This document shows, in pieces, positions 10,002 through 20,260 of a stretch of 64,000 nucleotides of DNA. Made by a program: the position numbers and the translations under genes. Numbering within the stretch: position 1 is the first letter of the stretch; each line of letters starts with the position of its first letter. The notes under the pieces are model-generated. The model made no database searches. It was not told the origin of the DNA and saw only the letters and a program-made list of their open reading frames with translations. Source of the DNA: a virus (taxonomy: Duplodnaviria; Caudoviricetes); IMG/VR virus record IMGVR_UViG_3300014203_000016, positions 1-64,000 of that record; one strand, 5' to 3'.

Positions 10002-13000
10002 TTAGACTAAGGATAATCCTTTTTCGTTGTAAGTGACATCGGCGATTACAGGGACCGCTTCTTCCCCGTAGAGATGGGTCAGTGGTTCGCTGTACAAGTA
10101 ATACTCCTGGTCGTTCAAGTAATAGAAGCCGGTCTGGACCATCGGGTACCAGTTGCGTTTCGGGTCTTCCCCGTTCAAACTGGCCAACAGGTAGGTTTCC
10201 CCTTCGGTTTCCTTGATGGTGGTCTGCACCCACAAGTCATTGTCTTCGACGACATACTGGACATTCTTCAACGCCAAGGCATTGTACCCGACAAAGGCCG
10301 TCTTCACCGGCAAGGCAATTTGTTTGTCCGCGGCAACGCCGACGGTATCGCTGATTTCGACAATCGTTTCCGAACGCCACAGCTTGTCGTAAGCCGTGCG
10401 TTCCTTGTAGTCGCTTGTGTAGATGATTTTGATGGTGTCGATGAGGTTGGCAGTGAACGTCACTGTGTAGTTTTGCCCTGCGGTCGGTTCACTGGCGGAC
10501 ACTTGGCTCGGAGACCAATCGATGGTGTTGCCGTCCAGGATGTAGTCGCCGGATTCGACACCCCCGTTGTTCTGGTAAGGCATATATAAAATACCGGTCA
10601 CATCATTGCGGATGCTGGTGACAGCCGACACGTTGCTGTAAGGGATAGCTTCCATGCCGTTGGCGATGCCCCCGCGCGTCAGCGAAACGGCCATCGGCGG
10701 TGAGGTCGCCATTGTGACTGTCAGACCTGGTTCGTCATCGCTGTGGAACAAGAGAATATCTTCCGGCAAATGCACGCGGTCTTTTGTCCGGTAGACCGAA
10801 TGCGGAATGATTTCCGCCACATACGGATGTTCGCCTTCATAGATGACGCGGGCATCGACGACCGGCAAGGTGAAACTTCCAGGAATCAGGACGCTCTCCC
10901 CCGGAAGGAAGGTGGTCTTTTCGGCGTTCAGTTGCACCAAATCGGCGACCGAAACATTTTTCAGCAAGGCGATTTCGTTTGCCGACATTTCGGTATCGCC
11001 GACGATGTAGGTGCTTTCCGCGCGGGCCTGGTAGCTCGCGAGCTGGATGCGCACATAGGCCGCGTTCGTGTTGTTCTGGTTCAGGATGCCGTTGTAGATG
11101 ACCTCTTCGGAAACCCAATCGACACTCTTGTACGTGCCACTGTCCGGGATGTAGGCGACGATGCTGTCATTGAGGATGCCGGTTCCGTTCCAAAGCGAAC
11201 TTTCCGTCAGCACGCCTTCGTTCGACTTGAAGTAAAGCGAAATCAATTCGTTTTCGGAATGGTTTGGCAAGTTGATGACAAAGCCCATCGACAGTTTGCC
11301 TTGGTAGAGTTTGACGTTCGGATTGACGGCTTGCAGTTCCGCGACGGTCTCATCGACCATCTCGGCCAATTCGTCCCACGTCAGCGCAAATGGCAGTTGG
11401 AATGTTTCCTGTTTCCAGCCATTGCTTAACCGGAAGCGGTAGGTCTTGCCAGGCAACAGGTTAGGCGTGAAGTCGGTCGCCAAATCGCGTTCCGTTTCGA
11501 GGGGATAATTGACGGTACCCCCGTCGTAGTTGTAGTGCCAATAGAGGCCGTTTGCTGGCACTTCGTTGGCGCTGGCGGAAGGATGGGTAACCGTCACTTT
11601 GGAGCGCAAGGACCATTCGGGTGCGCTCGTTGCTTGATAAGTAACGGTTTCTTCCAAGGTTTCGCCCAAGCCGATATGTACGCCCGCATAGCGCGGATTG
11701 TAGGCAAGCTTCAAACGGCAGAGGCTGCTTTGCAGCGAGAGGCCGTTCTCCGGCAAACTCTGAGAAAGGGATGGCCAATCGAAAAGCGCATGCGGAATCG
11801 TCCGCAACAATCGTTTCCCCAAATCGGCTTCTGTCGTGGCCAAGGTGCTGTTGTCCAACCCGCATAAGGTGTCTTTGTAGACGCCGGCAGCACTAGGGGA
11901 TTCATAATGCAGGCGCGCCTTCAAGTCGACATAATCCACGACAGGCGATTGTCGGCCGGTGCCCCTGCGCAAATCGATGCGCAAGTAAATCGTTTCCGAA
12001 AAGTTTTCGCTGTCAATCGAAATCAGCTTGTCCTTGGCGTCTTCGGGACGAGTAATGGTGGCCAATGGCGTCATCCCGGCCAGGGCCGCTTCTTTGGTTG
12101 GATACAATTCATAGATAATGCCGGTGTCGTTTTTGTTGGTCGGATAAGAAATTTGGTTCTCCCAAGCGGACCAGCCAATGGCTTTCGTGTTGGAGAATCC
12201 AACTTGTGACGAATTGATGGGCCCGGCCAACAGATAGGAATGCGTGCGCGAAACCGAAAAATCATTGCCGGCTTCACCCAAAGATGCGCGGCCATAAGGC
12301 GTGCCGTAAGGCAACAAGACATTACTGCGGTCAACCAAGTAGACGGCCGTTTCCGGTTGCCAATAGGTGGCGCTCAAGACTTCGGTCGGACTCGGGATGG
12401 TTTCCAACGTATCCCCAGGGATAGAGGTACTTCGCAATTCTAACGTGCCGGTTTCAGTCTGGGTTTCTTTCCATTCCAAGCGTTTCGTTTTGGCGAAGAC
12501 GACGCCGGCATCGCTGGCGATGTTGTTCAAGTTCAAAGCCGCATACCAATAGCCATCGGCGGCATATTTGGAGATGTCATCACTGGAAAGCACAACCGTA
12601 TCGATGGCCGGGGTCGCCAGGCTGTCGCTGGTCGTCAGATGCAACCGGGCTTCTATGAAAGTCTGGTCGGTCACAGAGGCGGAATCGCCTTCGTATTTCT
12701 GTGTGTAGCTGTTGTGGGTTAACGCAACCGGAACGAAAGCTCCCCAGTTGTAGGTTTCCCCATTTGCATCAACCGGAATCCGGCTCGTGGCGGTGCGGAT
12801 GTCCGCTCCAATGGCAGTGACGGCAACCGTCACCCCGTAGAGTTTGACCGGCAAAGCATTCGTTGTCGTAACCGTCAGCAAGTAATTCCCGTAAGGAACC
12901 GCAAAGGCCAGCGTGCCAGTAACCGCCGTATTCAACGTTTGCTCCTGGACAACGTTCGTTTCCAGATTTAAAAGCGACACCGAGAGCGCGCCCCTTCCCG

Positions 13001-13298
13001 CTCCGGATAAACAGGAGATTTCGAAAGAGCTTCCGCAGGCCAACAGTTTTGCACTGGCGCCAAGGATATTTGTGTTTGCGGTCGTGCCGGAAACCGTCCA
13101 TTGCAGGCTGTCCGTGAACACCCATTCTGGATTGGTCGCTTCGTAGGTCAGCGTCGGCAGATTTGCAGCCAGTGCCACATGGACGGAACCAGTGAAAGGT
13201 TCGCCGGCGTCGATGACTGCTGTTTTGTATTCACCATCAAAGGTATTCGTTTTGCCGAAATAGGAGGACCCGAATAAATGTTTTCCAAATTGAGCCAT
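10002..13298 (-). CDS. Tail/baseplate protein with two LysM-like domains (1098 aa)
   Basis: Segments TFQLPFALTWDELA...LQAVNP...GFVINLP and TYIVGDTEMSANEIA...LVQLNA...GESVLIP match the LysM pattern. Confidence 0.75.
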   Translation of the reverse strand: MAQFGKHLFGSSYFGKTNTFDGEYKTAVIDAGEPFTGSVHVALAANLPTLTYEATNPEWVFTDSLQWTVSGTTANTNILGASAKLLACGSSFEISCLSGAGRGALSVSLLNLETNVVQEQTLNTAVTGTLAFAVPYGNYLLTVTTTNALPVKLYGVTVAVTAIGADIRTATSRIPVDANGETYNWGAFVPVALTHNSYTQKYEGDSASVTDQTFIEARLHLTTSDSLATPAIDTVVLSSDDISKYAADGYWYAALNLNNIASDAGVVFAKTKRLEWKETQTETGTLELRSTSIPGDTLETIPSPTEVLSATYWQPETAVYLVDRSNVLLPYGTPYGRASLGEAGNDFSVSRTHSYLLAGPINSSQVGFSNTKAIGWSAWENQISYPTNKNDTGIIYELYPTKEAALAGMTPLATITRPEDAKDKLISIDSENFSETIYLRIDLRRGTGRQSPVVDYVDLKARLHYESPSAAGVYKDTLCGLDNSTLATTEADLGKRLLRTIPHALFDWPSLSQSLPENGLSLQSSLCRLKLAYNPRYAGVHIGLGETLEETVTYQATSAPEWSLRSKVTVTHPSASANEVPANGLYWHYNYDGGTVNYPLETERDLATDFTPNLLPGKTYRFRLSNGWKQETFQLPFALTWDELAEMVDETVAELQAVNPNVKLYQGKLSMGFVINLPNHSENELISLYFKSNEGVLTESSLWNGTGILNDSIVAYIPDSGTYKSVDWVSEEVIYNGILNQNNTNAAYVRIQLASYQARAESTYIVGDTEMSANEIALLKNVSVADLVQLNAEKTTFLPGESVLIPGSFTLPVVDARVIYEGEHPYVAEIIPHSVYRTKDRVHLPEDILLFHSDDEPGLTVTMATSPPMAVSLTRGGIANGMEAIPYSNVSAVTSIRNDVTGILYMPYQNNGGVESGDYILDGNTIDWSPSQVSASEPTAGQNYTVTFTANLIDTIKIIYTSDYKERTAYDKLWRSETIVEISDTVGVAADKQIALPVKTAFVGYNALALKNVQYVVEDNDLWVQTTIKETEGETYLLASLNGEDPKRNWYPMVQTGFYYLNDQEYYLYSEPLTHLYGEEAVPVIADVTYNEKGLSLV

Positions 13299-13313
13299 TT
13301 AGTGGCCCCCTTT

Positions 13314-15299
13314 CTAATTGTCGTAGTAATGAACTTGAATACCAATGTGTGGAGCCAGAATCATGTAAGCTTCGTCGCTGTAGGTCGGACTATCATACAG
13401 ACTATCTCCGTAGTATTTTACAATTCCGATGCCTTGCATCGTTCCGTCTACCATGTTTTGAAACATGCGTTTTGAGTTTTCGTTGGATATCCATTCCGTT
13501 TCTCCTCGGTCGAATTGCACATTTGCAAAAGGCGATTGGCTCCAACGCGTGGCTTTGACTCCATTCGAAAAATACATTTCAAATTGGTCAGCAGATTGGG
13601 TGTCCGTCCGGCTGTATCGACGATGATTGTACAGGTAAAGCGGTTTAGCCGAAGAAAAGCCGTGGGCATTTAATGCCGTTGTCCCACTCGCTCTTTTCAA
13701 ATCAAAAGTTACTTTTTGAATACTTTTGTTCGCCATCTGAGAACGAATGGTGGCTAAGTCGAAGAAGAAGAAACTGGCGTGATTGCCCCAAAGCTGACCT
13801 GCATGAGCCGCGTAGGTGCCGCCGCCCCTGTACCAGTTCCAAGAAGTTGTTCCCCAATAATCGTCTCGCCACTCGCCTTGGTAAATATATGGATTGTAAT
13901 TATGCGGAACCCAATGCGAAGGAACATAGTCGAAGCTCCAATTTTCCCAATAACGGTTGTAATCTGTTTCGAAAACATTGTAATAATTGTTTGTGTAGTA
14001 AGCACTTTTTAAAACCCGTGGCAATGTCCGCGGGCGAACATGTCCATCGTTCGTGCCGCCGGCATTGCCTGCGCGTACCGTGATTTCGTGATAACAATCC
14101 GGCAAGAGTCCGCTTAAGACAACGCGCCTTTCGGCAGTGGCATCGATTCTTTGCCAGTAATTGATACCAGCACTATCGTTTTCTCCGGCCTTTGCTTGTT
14201 CATAATTGGCATTCCAAACTTCATACCATTCCGCCCTTGCTACTGCTGGCCAAGTGATAGTGGCCGTGTTCCAGGTAGTTGTTGCGGATGGATTGGGCCT
14301 GTCGGGCTTTTCTGGAATGAAAGAGAGATATAAAGGCGTACTGATTGCCCAATCACTCTGCGTTTGACCGTCGAATCCGCCATAAGTTTGCCCATTTAGG
14401 TCGATAGCACGTACGCGGAATTGATAAGTCCCTGTCAGTTTCGGTGTTGTCCATGTATAAGAAGTACCTGTTTGTTTGATTAGCGGGACATAACTTCCGC
14501 CATTTATGCTGTATTCCATTTCGTACGTCCGAACCCCTTGTGGAACAAATGTTCCGGAAGGGTATTTTCCTTGAATAGGACTAGTCAGCGCGACATTGCC
14601 TCGCTTATCAATGGTGCTTAACATTGCCGAGAACCATACATCCTTCAATTCTGCACCCGTAAACCAATTGTTCCAATCCAAAAGAATAGGCGTTGGATTC
14701 GGGTCAATGCCAGTCAAAACATCTGTTCGGGAAAAACTCCCGGCGGTCATTGCAATCTGATAAGAAGCAATGTCTTCAGAGGCTGATTCTGTTAATGAGA
14801 AAACAGCTGCAGCCTGTCCAAGCGCACTTGTGTCAAGCGTCCATGTCAAAGCTAATTGCTCTCCGCTATTCAAAATAGTTGCTTTTGGAGGCGTGACCCA
14901 ATAGAAGTCTGGCTTATCCAAAGTGATGCTCAAGAGGCCGGCTTCCGGCGGGATGCGCTGAATGTCATCCAAGAAAGCCTGTATGCGTTGCAAGTCACTG
15001 ACGCCGAGGCTGTCGCTAACGTCTGCAAGAAAGGCTTCATACATCACGCCACGTTCTTTGACGATGGACAGCAGTCGAAACGATTCGACCAGAACATCCC
15101 AATCATCTCGGCTTGGCACAATTGTTCCGTTGAAAAGCTTTTCTGCTTTGGCTATCATTACCGTTTCTGCCACATCGTCGCCTTTGCCGAGATAGTCATT
15201 CAAAACGGCAATTAAATTGACCTTGATTTCATCCAGCAACACAGTTCGAGAAACAACATCTCCTGATTGAACCGTATCATACCATTGTTCTAAAGCCAT
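13314..15299 (-). CDS. FN3-containing tail fibre / receptor-binding protein (661 aa)
   Basis: FN3-like motifs (YQFRVRAID; ATITWPAVARAEWYEV; LSGLLPDCYHEITVRAGNAGG). Aromatic-rich C-terminal domain. Lower GC than its flanks. Confidence 0.7.
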   Translation of the reverse strand: MALEQWYDTVQSGDVVSRTVLLDEIKVNLIAVLNDYLGKGDDVAETVMIAKAEKLFNGTIVPSRDDWDVLVESFRLLSIVKERGVMYEAFLADVSDSLGVSDLQRIQAFLDDIQRIPPEAGLLSITLDKPDFYWVTPPKATILNSGEQLALTWTLDTSALGQAAAVFSLTESASEDIASYQIAMTAGSFSRTDVLTGIDPNPTPILLDWNNWFTGAELKDVWFSAMLSTIDKRGNVALTSPIQGKYPSGTFVPQGVRTYEMEYSINGGSYVPLIKQTGTSYTWTTPKLTGTYQFRVRAIDLNGQTYGGFDGQTQSDWAISTPLYLSFIPEKPDRPNPSATTTWNTATITWPAVARAEWYEVWNANYEQAKAGENDSAGINYWQRIDATAERRVVLSGLLPDCYHEITVRAGNAGGTNDGHVRPRTLPRVLKSAYYTNNYYNVFETDYNRYWENWSFDYVPSHWVPHNYNPYIYQGEWRDDYWGTTSWNWYRGGGTYAAHAGQLWGNHASFFFFDLATIRSQMANKSIQKVTFDLKRASGTTALNAHGFSSAKPLYLYNHRRYSRTDTQSADQFEMYFSNGVKATRWSQSPFANVQFDRGETEWISNENSKRMFQNMVDGTMQGIGIVKYYGDSLYDSPTYSDEAYMILAPHIGIQVHYYDN

Positions 15300-15320
15300 A
15301 AATACACCTCTCCTTTCTTA

Positions 15321-16400
15321 TTATCTATCAAGGACCGCAGGGTGAATCGGCTCAATGATGATGGAATCAATACTGACGGACAAGGCCGCTCCAGTTGCTA
15401 ATTTTGTGAAGGTCAAATGCGCAGGCTTGGTTGTTTCGTTTTGCTCAAAAACAAAGTAAAATTGCTTGTAGTTGCCTATTGGTAGTCCTCCGCCAAGAAT
15501 GTCTTGTGTTGCATTTCCCAACTGAAAGCGCAAGCCATATCCGGAAACCATCGTGCTTGCTTTCAAGCGAACGATACAGATGTATTTTCCGAAAAGCAAA
15601 TCCGTACGTTCGGTTGCGCTCAAGGAAAATAGTTGTGTTGCCGAAGTATTGCTTCCCGAAACTAAAGCTTTGCCAGCAGAAGCAGCTGTATCGACAAGTA
15701 GGCTTGTCCCGTTTAAAATTGGCAATTCGTCCGCGCGCCAATCTCCACCCGTGCGGGAACGCAAGGCTTTTTTGAAAATAACCGCTCCATTAATCGTACC
15801 GCCTGCAGATTTCGAAAGTGAATCCGCTAATGCATCACTAATAAGCGAGACGTTGGTTTTGGAAACGCTCAAATCTGCCCCAGTAATACCTGTCGCGCTA
15901 GTCAAGTCGACATTATTTTTTTGCAGAACTCCTTCGATTTCGTTCACTAAATTGATTTTTCCCGGTTGTCCTGTTAAACCCGTGTGTTCATGGCTGCTTA
16001 GGGTCGGTCTGCCAGGGGTGTAGCTCCAACCGGCACCGCCGTAACGTTCATCGAATAACCCATTTTCAATCCGGCTAATCCGGGCCGTCACTGTTGAGCT
16101 TTCTATGACGCTCGGAATTGTTGCGAGACTTGTGCCCGACGGAACCATTGGGGTAGCACCTATCGCACGCTCCAATGCCATTACACCATCTAGCGCGGCA
16201 TTGATATATTCCGCCATTACATAGTCCGGCAGAGCCTCTCCTTCTCCTACATTAACAAACCCTCGCATGTTTTTGTTGTAGCGGTACGGATTGTTGGGCG
16301 TTTCGCTCCTGGAATCCAGGAAGTTTGGATAGTTGGTCAAGTTTAAATCTTGGTAATTTTCTTTGTTGCCGATAGCATCGTCTTCAGAACGGAAAGCCAT
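15321..16400 (-). CDS. Tail fibre/appendage protein (359 aa)
   Basis: N-terminal DYVMAEYINAALDGVMALERAIG motif shared with the 1-3566 protein; HEHTG collar-like motif; jelly-roll-like C-terminus. Confidence 0.65.
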   Translation of the reverse strand: MAFRSEDDAIGNKENYQDLNLTNYPNFLDSRSETPNNPYRYNKNMRGFVNVGEGEALPDYVMAEYINAALDGVMALERAIGATPMVPSGTSLATIPSVIESSTVTARISRIENGLFDERYGGAGWSYTPGRPTLSSHEHTGLTGQPGKINLVNEIEGVLQKNNVDLTSATGITGADLSVSKTNVSLISDALADSLSKSAGGTINGAVIFKKALRSRTGGDWRADELPILNGTSLLVDTAASAGKALVSGSNTSATQLFSLSATERTDLLFGKYICIVRLKASTMVSGYGLRFQLGNATQDILGGGLPIGNYKQFYFVFEQNETTKPAHLTFTKLATGAALSVSIDSIIIEPIHPAVLDR

Positions 16401-16423
16401 TCAAAATTCCTCCTCTTTTGTTG

Positions 16424-18079
16424 TTATTGGTTAAATGCATTTTCGTAGACTTTCGCAGCGCGGTCCAGATTTAAAGAGATAGCGCCATCCTTCACAACAA
16501 TGTCATTCACAAGCCAAGCGCCTTCTTCCCATTCGGTAGTCGTGTCGACGGTTTGCATGAATTCACCATAGCCTAATCCAAATCCGGTCACTGCATCGAA
16601 AGAAACGTCGGTTTTGGCAATGGAGGTCAATGGTTTCCCGTTTATGATGCTGGATTTGCTGATAAGAAAATCATCAGAATCGTTGAAGACATAACTGTGT
16701 TCCGTTCCAAGCGTATCTTCCCAAACAACTTTTAATTCAGGCACTCGATTGCTTTTGCTGTCGTCGGTAGTGGTTAAGCGCATGCCGACTCGCATGACCG
16801 GGTCCTTTTGGTTGTGCAAGAATTCGTTTGATTTTCCGAAATGAACGGCATTCCTTGCGGACAGGGATTCTTCTGTGGAAGAAATAAAGGTGTCACTATC
16901 CCCAAAGTTTGTTCGCAAAGTGTAATCAAAATCCTGACTAGCGATAACGCGATAGTTTTGGTCGAAGGTTTCGGCCGCTTCTACCGTATAACTGAATGGT
17001 TGTTCTGCGTATTCTTCTTGTAAGATTTTTCCTTTGGCGTAAATTTTATATTGGAAGGCGATTTCCGGATAAATATTTTCCGATTGTTCATAATAGCCCA
17101 TTAGTCCTACATACGCTTTGAATGCGCGGGTGCTTGCTTGTTCCACTGGCGCACTCACTAGTAAGTCGTTGCCGTATCCGATACCAGAACGAAATTCTTC
17201 TGTTTGAAAAAGGCTTGTATCGACATCCCAAATGTGCGGCAGATAGTGGATGCCTAAATTTTCCTGTTCCAAGGAGAACCAGTAGGCTTCGCCGAAGTTC
17301 ATCGTGTCCCAGGTGAATTTCAAGGTGTCGTTGATTTGTTTGGCGTAGCCCATCATCTTTTTGCTTGGCGTGCCATCGGCTAAAATCAGCTCTCCGGCGA
17401 AGGCTTTGTCTTGGAAAGGAATGACCTGGACTTCTTCGCGCGTAAGCCCCAAGTCGCGGGACAGGCCATTGCGGATGCCGACCGTAGTGACATCCCCTGG
17501 ATTTTCGAATACGTCCAAAATGCGGGCTTTCAGTTGCAGATTGCGCTCTCCTGGCAAGCGGTGGATGCCGAGCAACAGGGCAAATTCGTCAAAGGCATTC
17601 CAGACATGATGCAACAGCGTTTCGTATTGGGGCGCGCTGTTGACGATGACGGCTTGGAACGGGTTGTTCACGTCTGCAATTTGGTCCAAGTCCACCCGCA
17701 GATACAGATATCCACTCGGTCGGTCGACGTAGAATTTCGGCAAAGCAGCTTGGCGATGATAGAAATCCCTCAAATTGCGCGAGGAAAACACCATTTGCAT
17801 GTAGCCGTCGTGGTGCTCAAGGTTTACGTAATCAATCGTTTCCATATCCAAAATCGTCGGACTGGACAAGGGTATTTTGTAGAGCAAATCTATCATGTCC
17901 GTATGGGCCGTTTCGATGTAGAAGTTTTCAACAACCTCATCCATTTCCTGCTTGAACTCGTTCAGGCTGATGCCGAAGACATCCAAGAATTGGGCGCCGA
18001 TGGAATCCGCATCTTTAGCCATCTGCATCCAGCTTGGGAATTTGGCCATCATGTTTTCAGTAAAGCGTGTGATTGCCAT
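16424..18079 (-). CDS. Baseplate wedge-like protein (551 aa)
   Basis: Position after the J-like gene; DEFALLLGIHRLPGE motif typical of wedge subunits. Confidence 0.6.
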   Translation of the reverse strand: MAITRFTENMMAKFPSWMQMAKDADSIGAQFLDVFGISLNEFKQEMDEVVENFYIETAHTDMIDLLYKIPLSSPTILDMETIDYVNLEHHDGYMQMVFSSRNLRDFYHRQAALPKFYVDRPSGYLYLRVDLDQIADVNNPFQAVIVNSAPQYETLLHHVWNAFDEFALLLGIHRLPGERNLQLKARILDVFENPGDVTTVGIRNGLSRDLGLTREEVQVIPFQDKAFAGELILADGTPSKKMMGYAKQINDTLKFTWDTMNFGEAYWFSLEQENLGIHYLPHIWDVDTSLFQTEEFRSGIGYGNDLLVSAPVEQASTRAFKAYVGLMGYYEQSENIYPEIAFQYKIYAKGKILQEEYAEQPFSYTVEAAETFDQNYRVIASQDFDYTLRTNFGDSDTFISSTEESLSARNAVHFGKSNEFLHNQKDPVMRVGMRLTTTDDSKSNRVPELKVVWEDTLGTEHSYVFNDSDDFLISKSSIINGKPLTSIAKTDVSFDAVTGFGLGYGEFMQTVDTTTEWEEGAWLVNDIVVKDGAISLNLDRAAKVYENAFNQ

Positions 18080-18089
18080 GTCTGTCCTC

Positions 18090-18890
18090 CTAAGCTACCG
18101 TGACCGTGCCGGAGATGAATCGTTCATCGTTGGCCGGAAAGGTATTTGTTATAGTTTTAGCTAAACCATTTACTTTCAAATCCGCAATGGCCAAATCGAG
18201 GATGTGCACATTCGTTGCCATTGCCAAGCGGATGATTTCGTTTACGTAAAGGACTTCATCCTTCTTCAAGTCGTTCAGGTAGTTGACGATGCGGTAGCGG
18301 ACGCTGTTGCGCACGGCTTGTTTTTCCATGACGGAAATGCGGTTGTCGAACTGCAGGATAAGCGAGAGGTCGACGGGTTTTTCGGCCGGTTGACGGACTT
18401 CGAAATAGATGCCTTCCGCGACCATTTCGCCCACTGCAGCTTCAACACGGTCCAGCAAGCGGATTTGATTCACACCTGCTTGCGGATAGACGTAGAGAAT
18501 GAAAGAACCCGTACCGGCGCCGTATGGGCGATAGTCGATAGAGGCAACGCCGGCAACGGCCAAGGCCGCTTCTTCGATGGCAACCCGGTTGCCTTTGGTG
18601 TGGCGGTAAATGCTGTTGGCGGTGCGCAGTTTCAGTTCATTGTCGGTTTCCGCCGGGTTCCGGTCGGTGTCGACCAAGTCGGCAATCAGTTCGGTGTACA
18701 TGCCGTGCGAGGTGGACAAGTAGGCTTCCTGCTTCATCATGTCCAATTCGTAGTAGAGGCTGTAAATTTCGTCGATGATGCTGTCAACAATGGCTACTGC
18801 GATAGAGCCGTCTTCGGTGATGTTGACCCCGGTCTTGTTTGCCAGATTCGCCAAAATGGCTTGGCGTATTTCCGTTTTTGTTTTTTCCAT
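18090..18890 (-). CDS. Baseplate J-like wedge protein (266 aa)
   Basis: AETDNELKLR...GNRVAIEEAALAVAGV...GTGSFILYV resembles baseplate J family motifs. Confidence 0.8.
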   Translation of the reverse strand: MEKTKTEIRQAILANLANKTGVNITEDGSIAVAIVDSIIDEIYSLYYELDMMKQEAYLSTSHGMYTELIADLVDTDRNPAETDNELKLRTANSIYRHTKGNRVAIEEAALAVAGVASIDYRPYGAGTGSFILYVYPQAGVNQIRLLDRVEAAVGEMVAEGIYFEVRQPAEKPVDLSLILQFDNRISVMEKQAVRNSVRYRIVNYLNDLKKDEVLYVNEIIRLAMATNVHILDLAIADLKVNGLAKTITNTFPANDERFISGTVTVA

Positions 18891-18914
18891 TGGTTCACAC
18901 CTTCATTCTATAAG

Positions 18915-19433
18915 TTAGTCGTTCTCGTATACATTGGTGACGCCCAGCGTCAAATCCAGGATGAGCGCATAGCGGACTAGATTGTTCCGTCTGCTCAATT
19001 GCAGGTCGAACAAAATTTGGTGTGGCCCTACCGGCACCGCTTCAATGCGCAAGTCTTCTTCGACAAAGGCTTTGTCGTAGGTCAAGGCGCGCAGTATCAT
19101 CGCCTTGCCGGCATTCGCCGTGCGCGGGCTGTTTGCTTGGCCGATTAAATCGGACAAATCTGCGCCGACTTGTTTGTAGAAATACCAGTCCGGATTGTCC
19201 GTCTGCAATCGGCTTTTGATGAGTTGCAATTCACTGGCTTCGCCGCGGACATAGTTCAGGTCGCGCACGGGCAAACCCCCGCCAGAAGGGTCGGTTGTTG
19301 TTTCCGGAAGATAGCCGAAATCGCCCCTCATGCCGCCTTCTTTGCGGTAATAGAGCAGATGGCCATTGTTGTCGGTGGCTTGTTGCCCCAAAATCAAATC
19401 GCCTCTTGCGCTCAATGCAATATCTAGGTTCAT
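18915..19433 (-). CDS. Baseplate gp25-like / sheath initiator protein (172 aa)
   Basis: LQLIKSRLQTDNPDWYFYKQVGADLSDLIG...ILRALT pattern; position before the J-like gene. Confidence 0.75.
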   Translation of the reverse strand: MNLDIALSARGDLILGQQATDNNGHLLYYRKEGGMRGDFGYLPETTTDPSGGGLPVRDLNYVRGEASELQLIKSRLQTDNPDWYFYKQVGADLSDLIGQANSPRTANAGKAMILRALTYDKAFVEEDLRIEAVPVGPHQILFDLQLSRRNNLVRYALILDLTLGVTNVYEND

Positions 19434-19894
19434 TTCCGTTCCTCCAATCCATAAGTTTCGATGCCGGTTGCGCTGGCGGAATCCAAAAAGCTTTTGCGCA
19501 ACCCTTTCTTGTAAGGGAAGCTGGCATAGGTGCCTTCCCCCAAGACTTCGCCGTTCAGGTTTGTGCCGTTGGCGCCGGAACGGATATCCAATTCTCGGCC
19601 GATGATTTGCACGCGGTCGCTGAACAGTTGGCTTGTATTGTTTGTATTGATACGCATGCCAGTTCCGTAGGCGGTGAACGCTTCAATCGTGCCATCATCT
19701 TTGATGCGGATGAACGACCCGTTGACGGGATGCTTCAAGCCGACTTCGTCTTCCTGGAACGTGCGGTTCTGCTCTTCATTCTTTTCGTAAGAGACCGGCT
19801 TCAGCCCGGCTTCAATTTCTTCGGCAATCTGCTTCCATTTCGGCAAGGAGAAGATGCTATCTCCGTCCGGATAGATTTTCTTTTCAAACGCCAT
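19430..19894 (-). CDS. Putative baseplate spike beta-strand (C-terminal-like) protein (154 aa)
   Basis: EVGLKHPVNGSFIRIKDDGTIEAF resembles gpV/gp5 beta-repeat segments. Confidence 0.5.
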   Translation of the reverse strand: MAFEKKIYPDGDSIFSLPKWKQIAEEIEAGLKPVSYEKNEEQNRTFQEDEVGLKHPVNGSFIRIKDDGTIEAFTAYGTGMRINTNNTSQLFSDRVQIIGRELDIRSGANGTNLNGEVLGEGTYASFPYKKGLRKSFLDSASATGIETYGLEERK

Positions 19895-19906
19895 GCTTTC
19901 TCCTCC

Positions 19907-20260
19907 TTAAAACAAATCCGTCGAGAACGGCAAATCCTGTCCGTTCGGAATCGTCAATTCTCTGGTACTTTTGTTTCGTTTGTAGACGGTGCTGATGTAC
20001 ATGTTGTTTACGCTTTGGTTCCGGTAAGCCAGTTCGACACGGTCGCCTGGTTTGAGGGATTGCGTGAAAACGCCATCTCCATCCTTCGGGAACGCCAAAC
20101 CTTTCTTTTCCTTGCGCGCACCGTCGTTGTCGATATAGAAAACGTCGCAGGTGCGCGATTCGTAATAGACGGCGGCCACATAACCGATGACCGTGTTTTT
20201 CAGCTTTTGGATTTCAGGGTCTACAATCGCTTTTTTTATCTTTTCCAAGGTTGGGTTCAT
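19907..20260 (-). CDS. Putative spike OB-fold (N-terminal-like) protein (about 117 aa)
   Basis: Start probably ATG 20260, overlapping the upstream TGA (ATGA). GYVAAV...CDV...LKPGDRVELAY resembles the gp5/gpV OB-fold. Confidence 0.5.
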   Translation of the reverse strand: MNPTLEKIKKAIVDPEIQKLKNTVIGYVAAVYYESRTCDVFYIDNDGARKEKKGLAFPKDGDGVFTQSLKPGDRVELAYRNQSVNNMYISTVYKRNKSTRELTIPNGQDLPFSTDLF

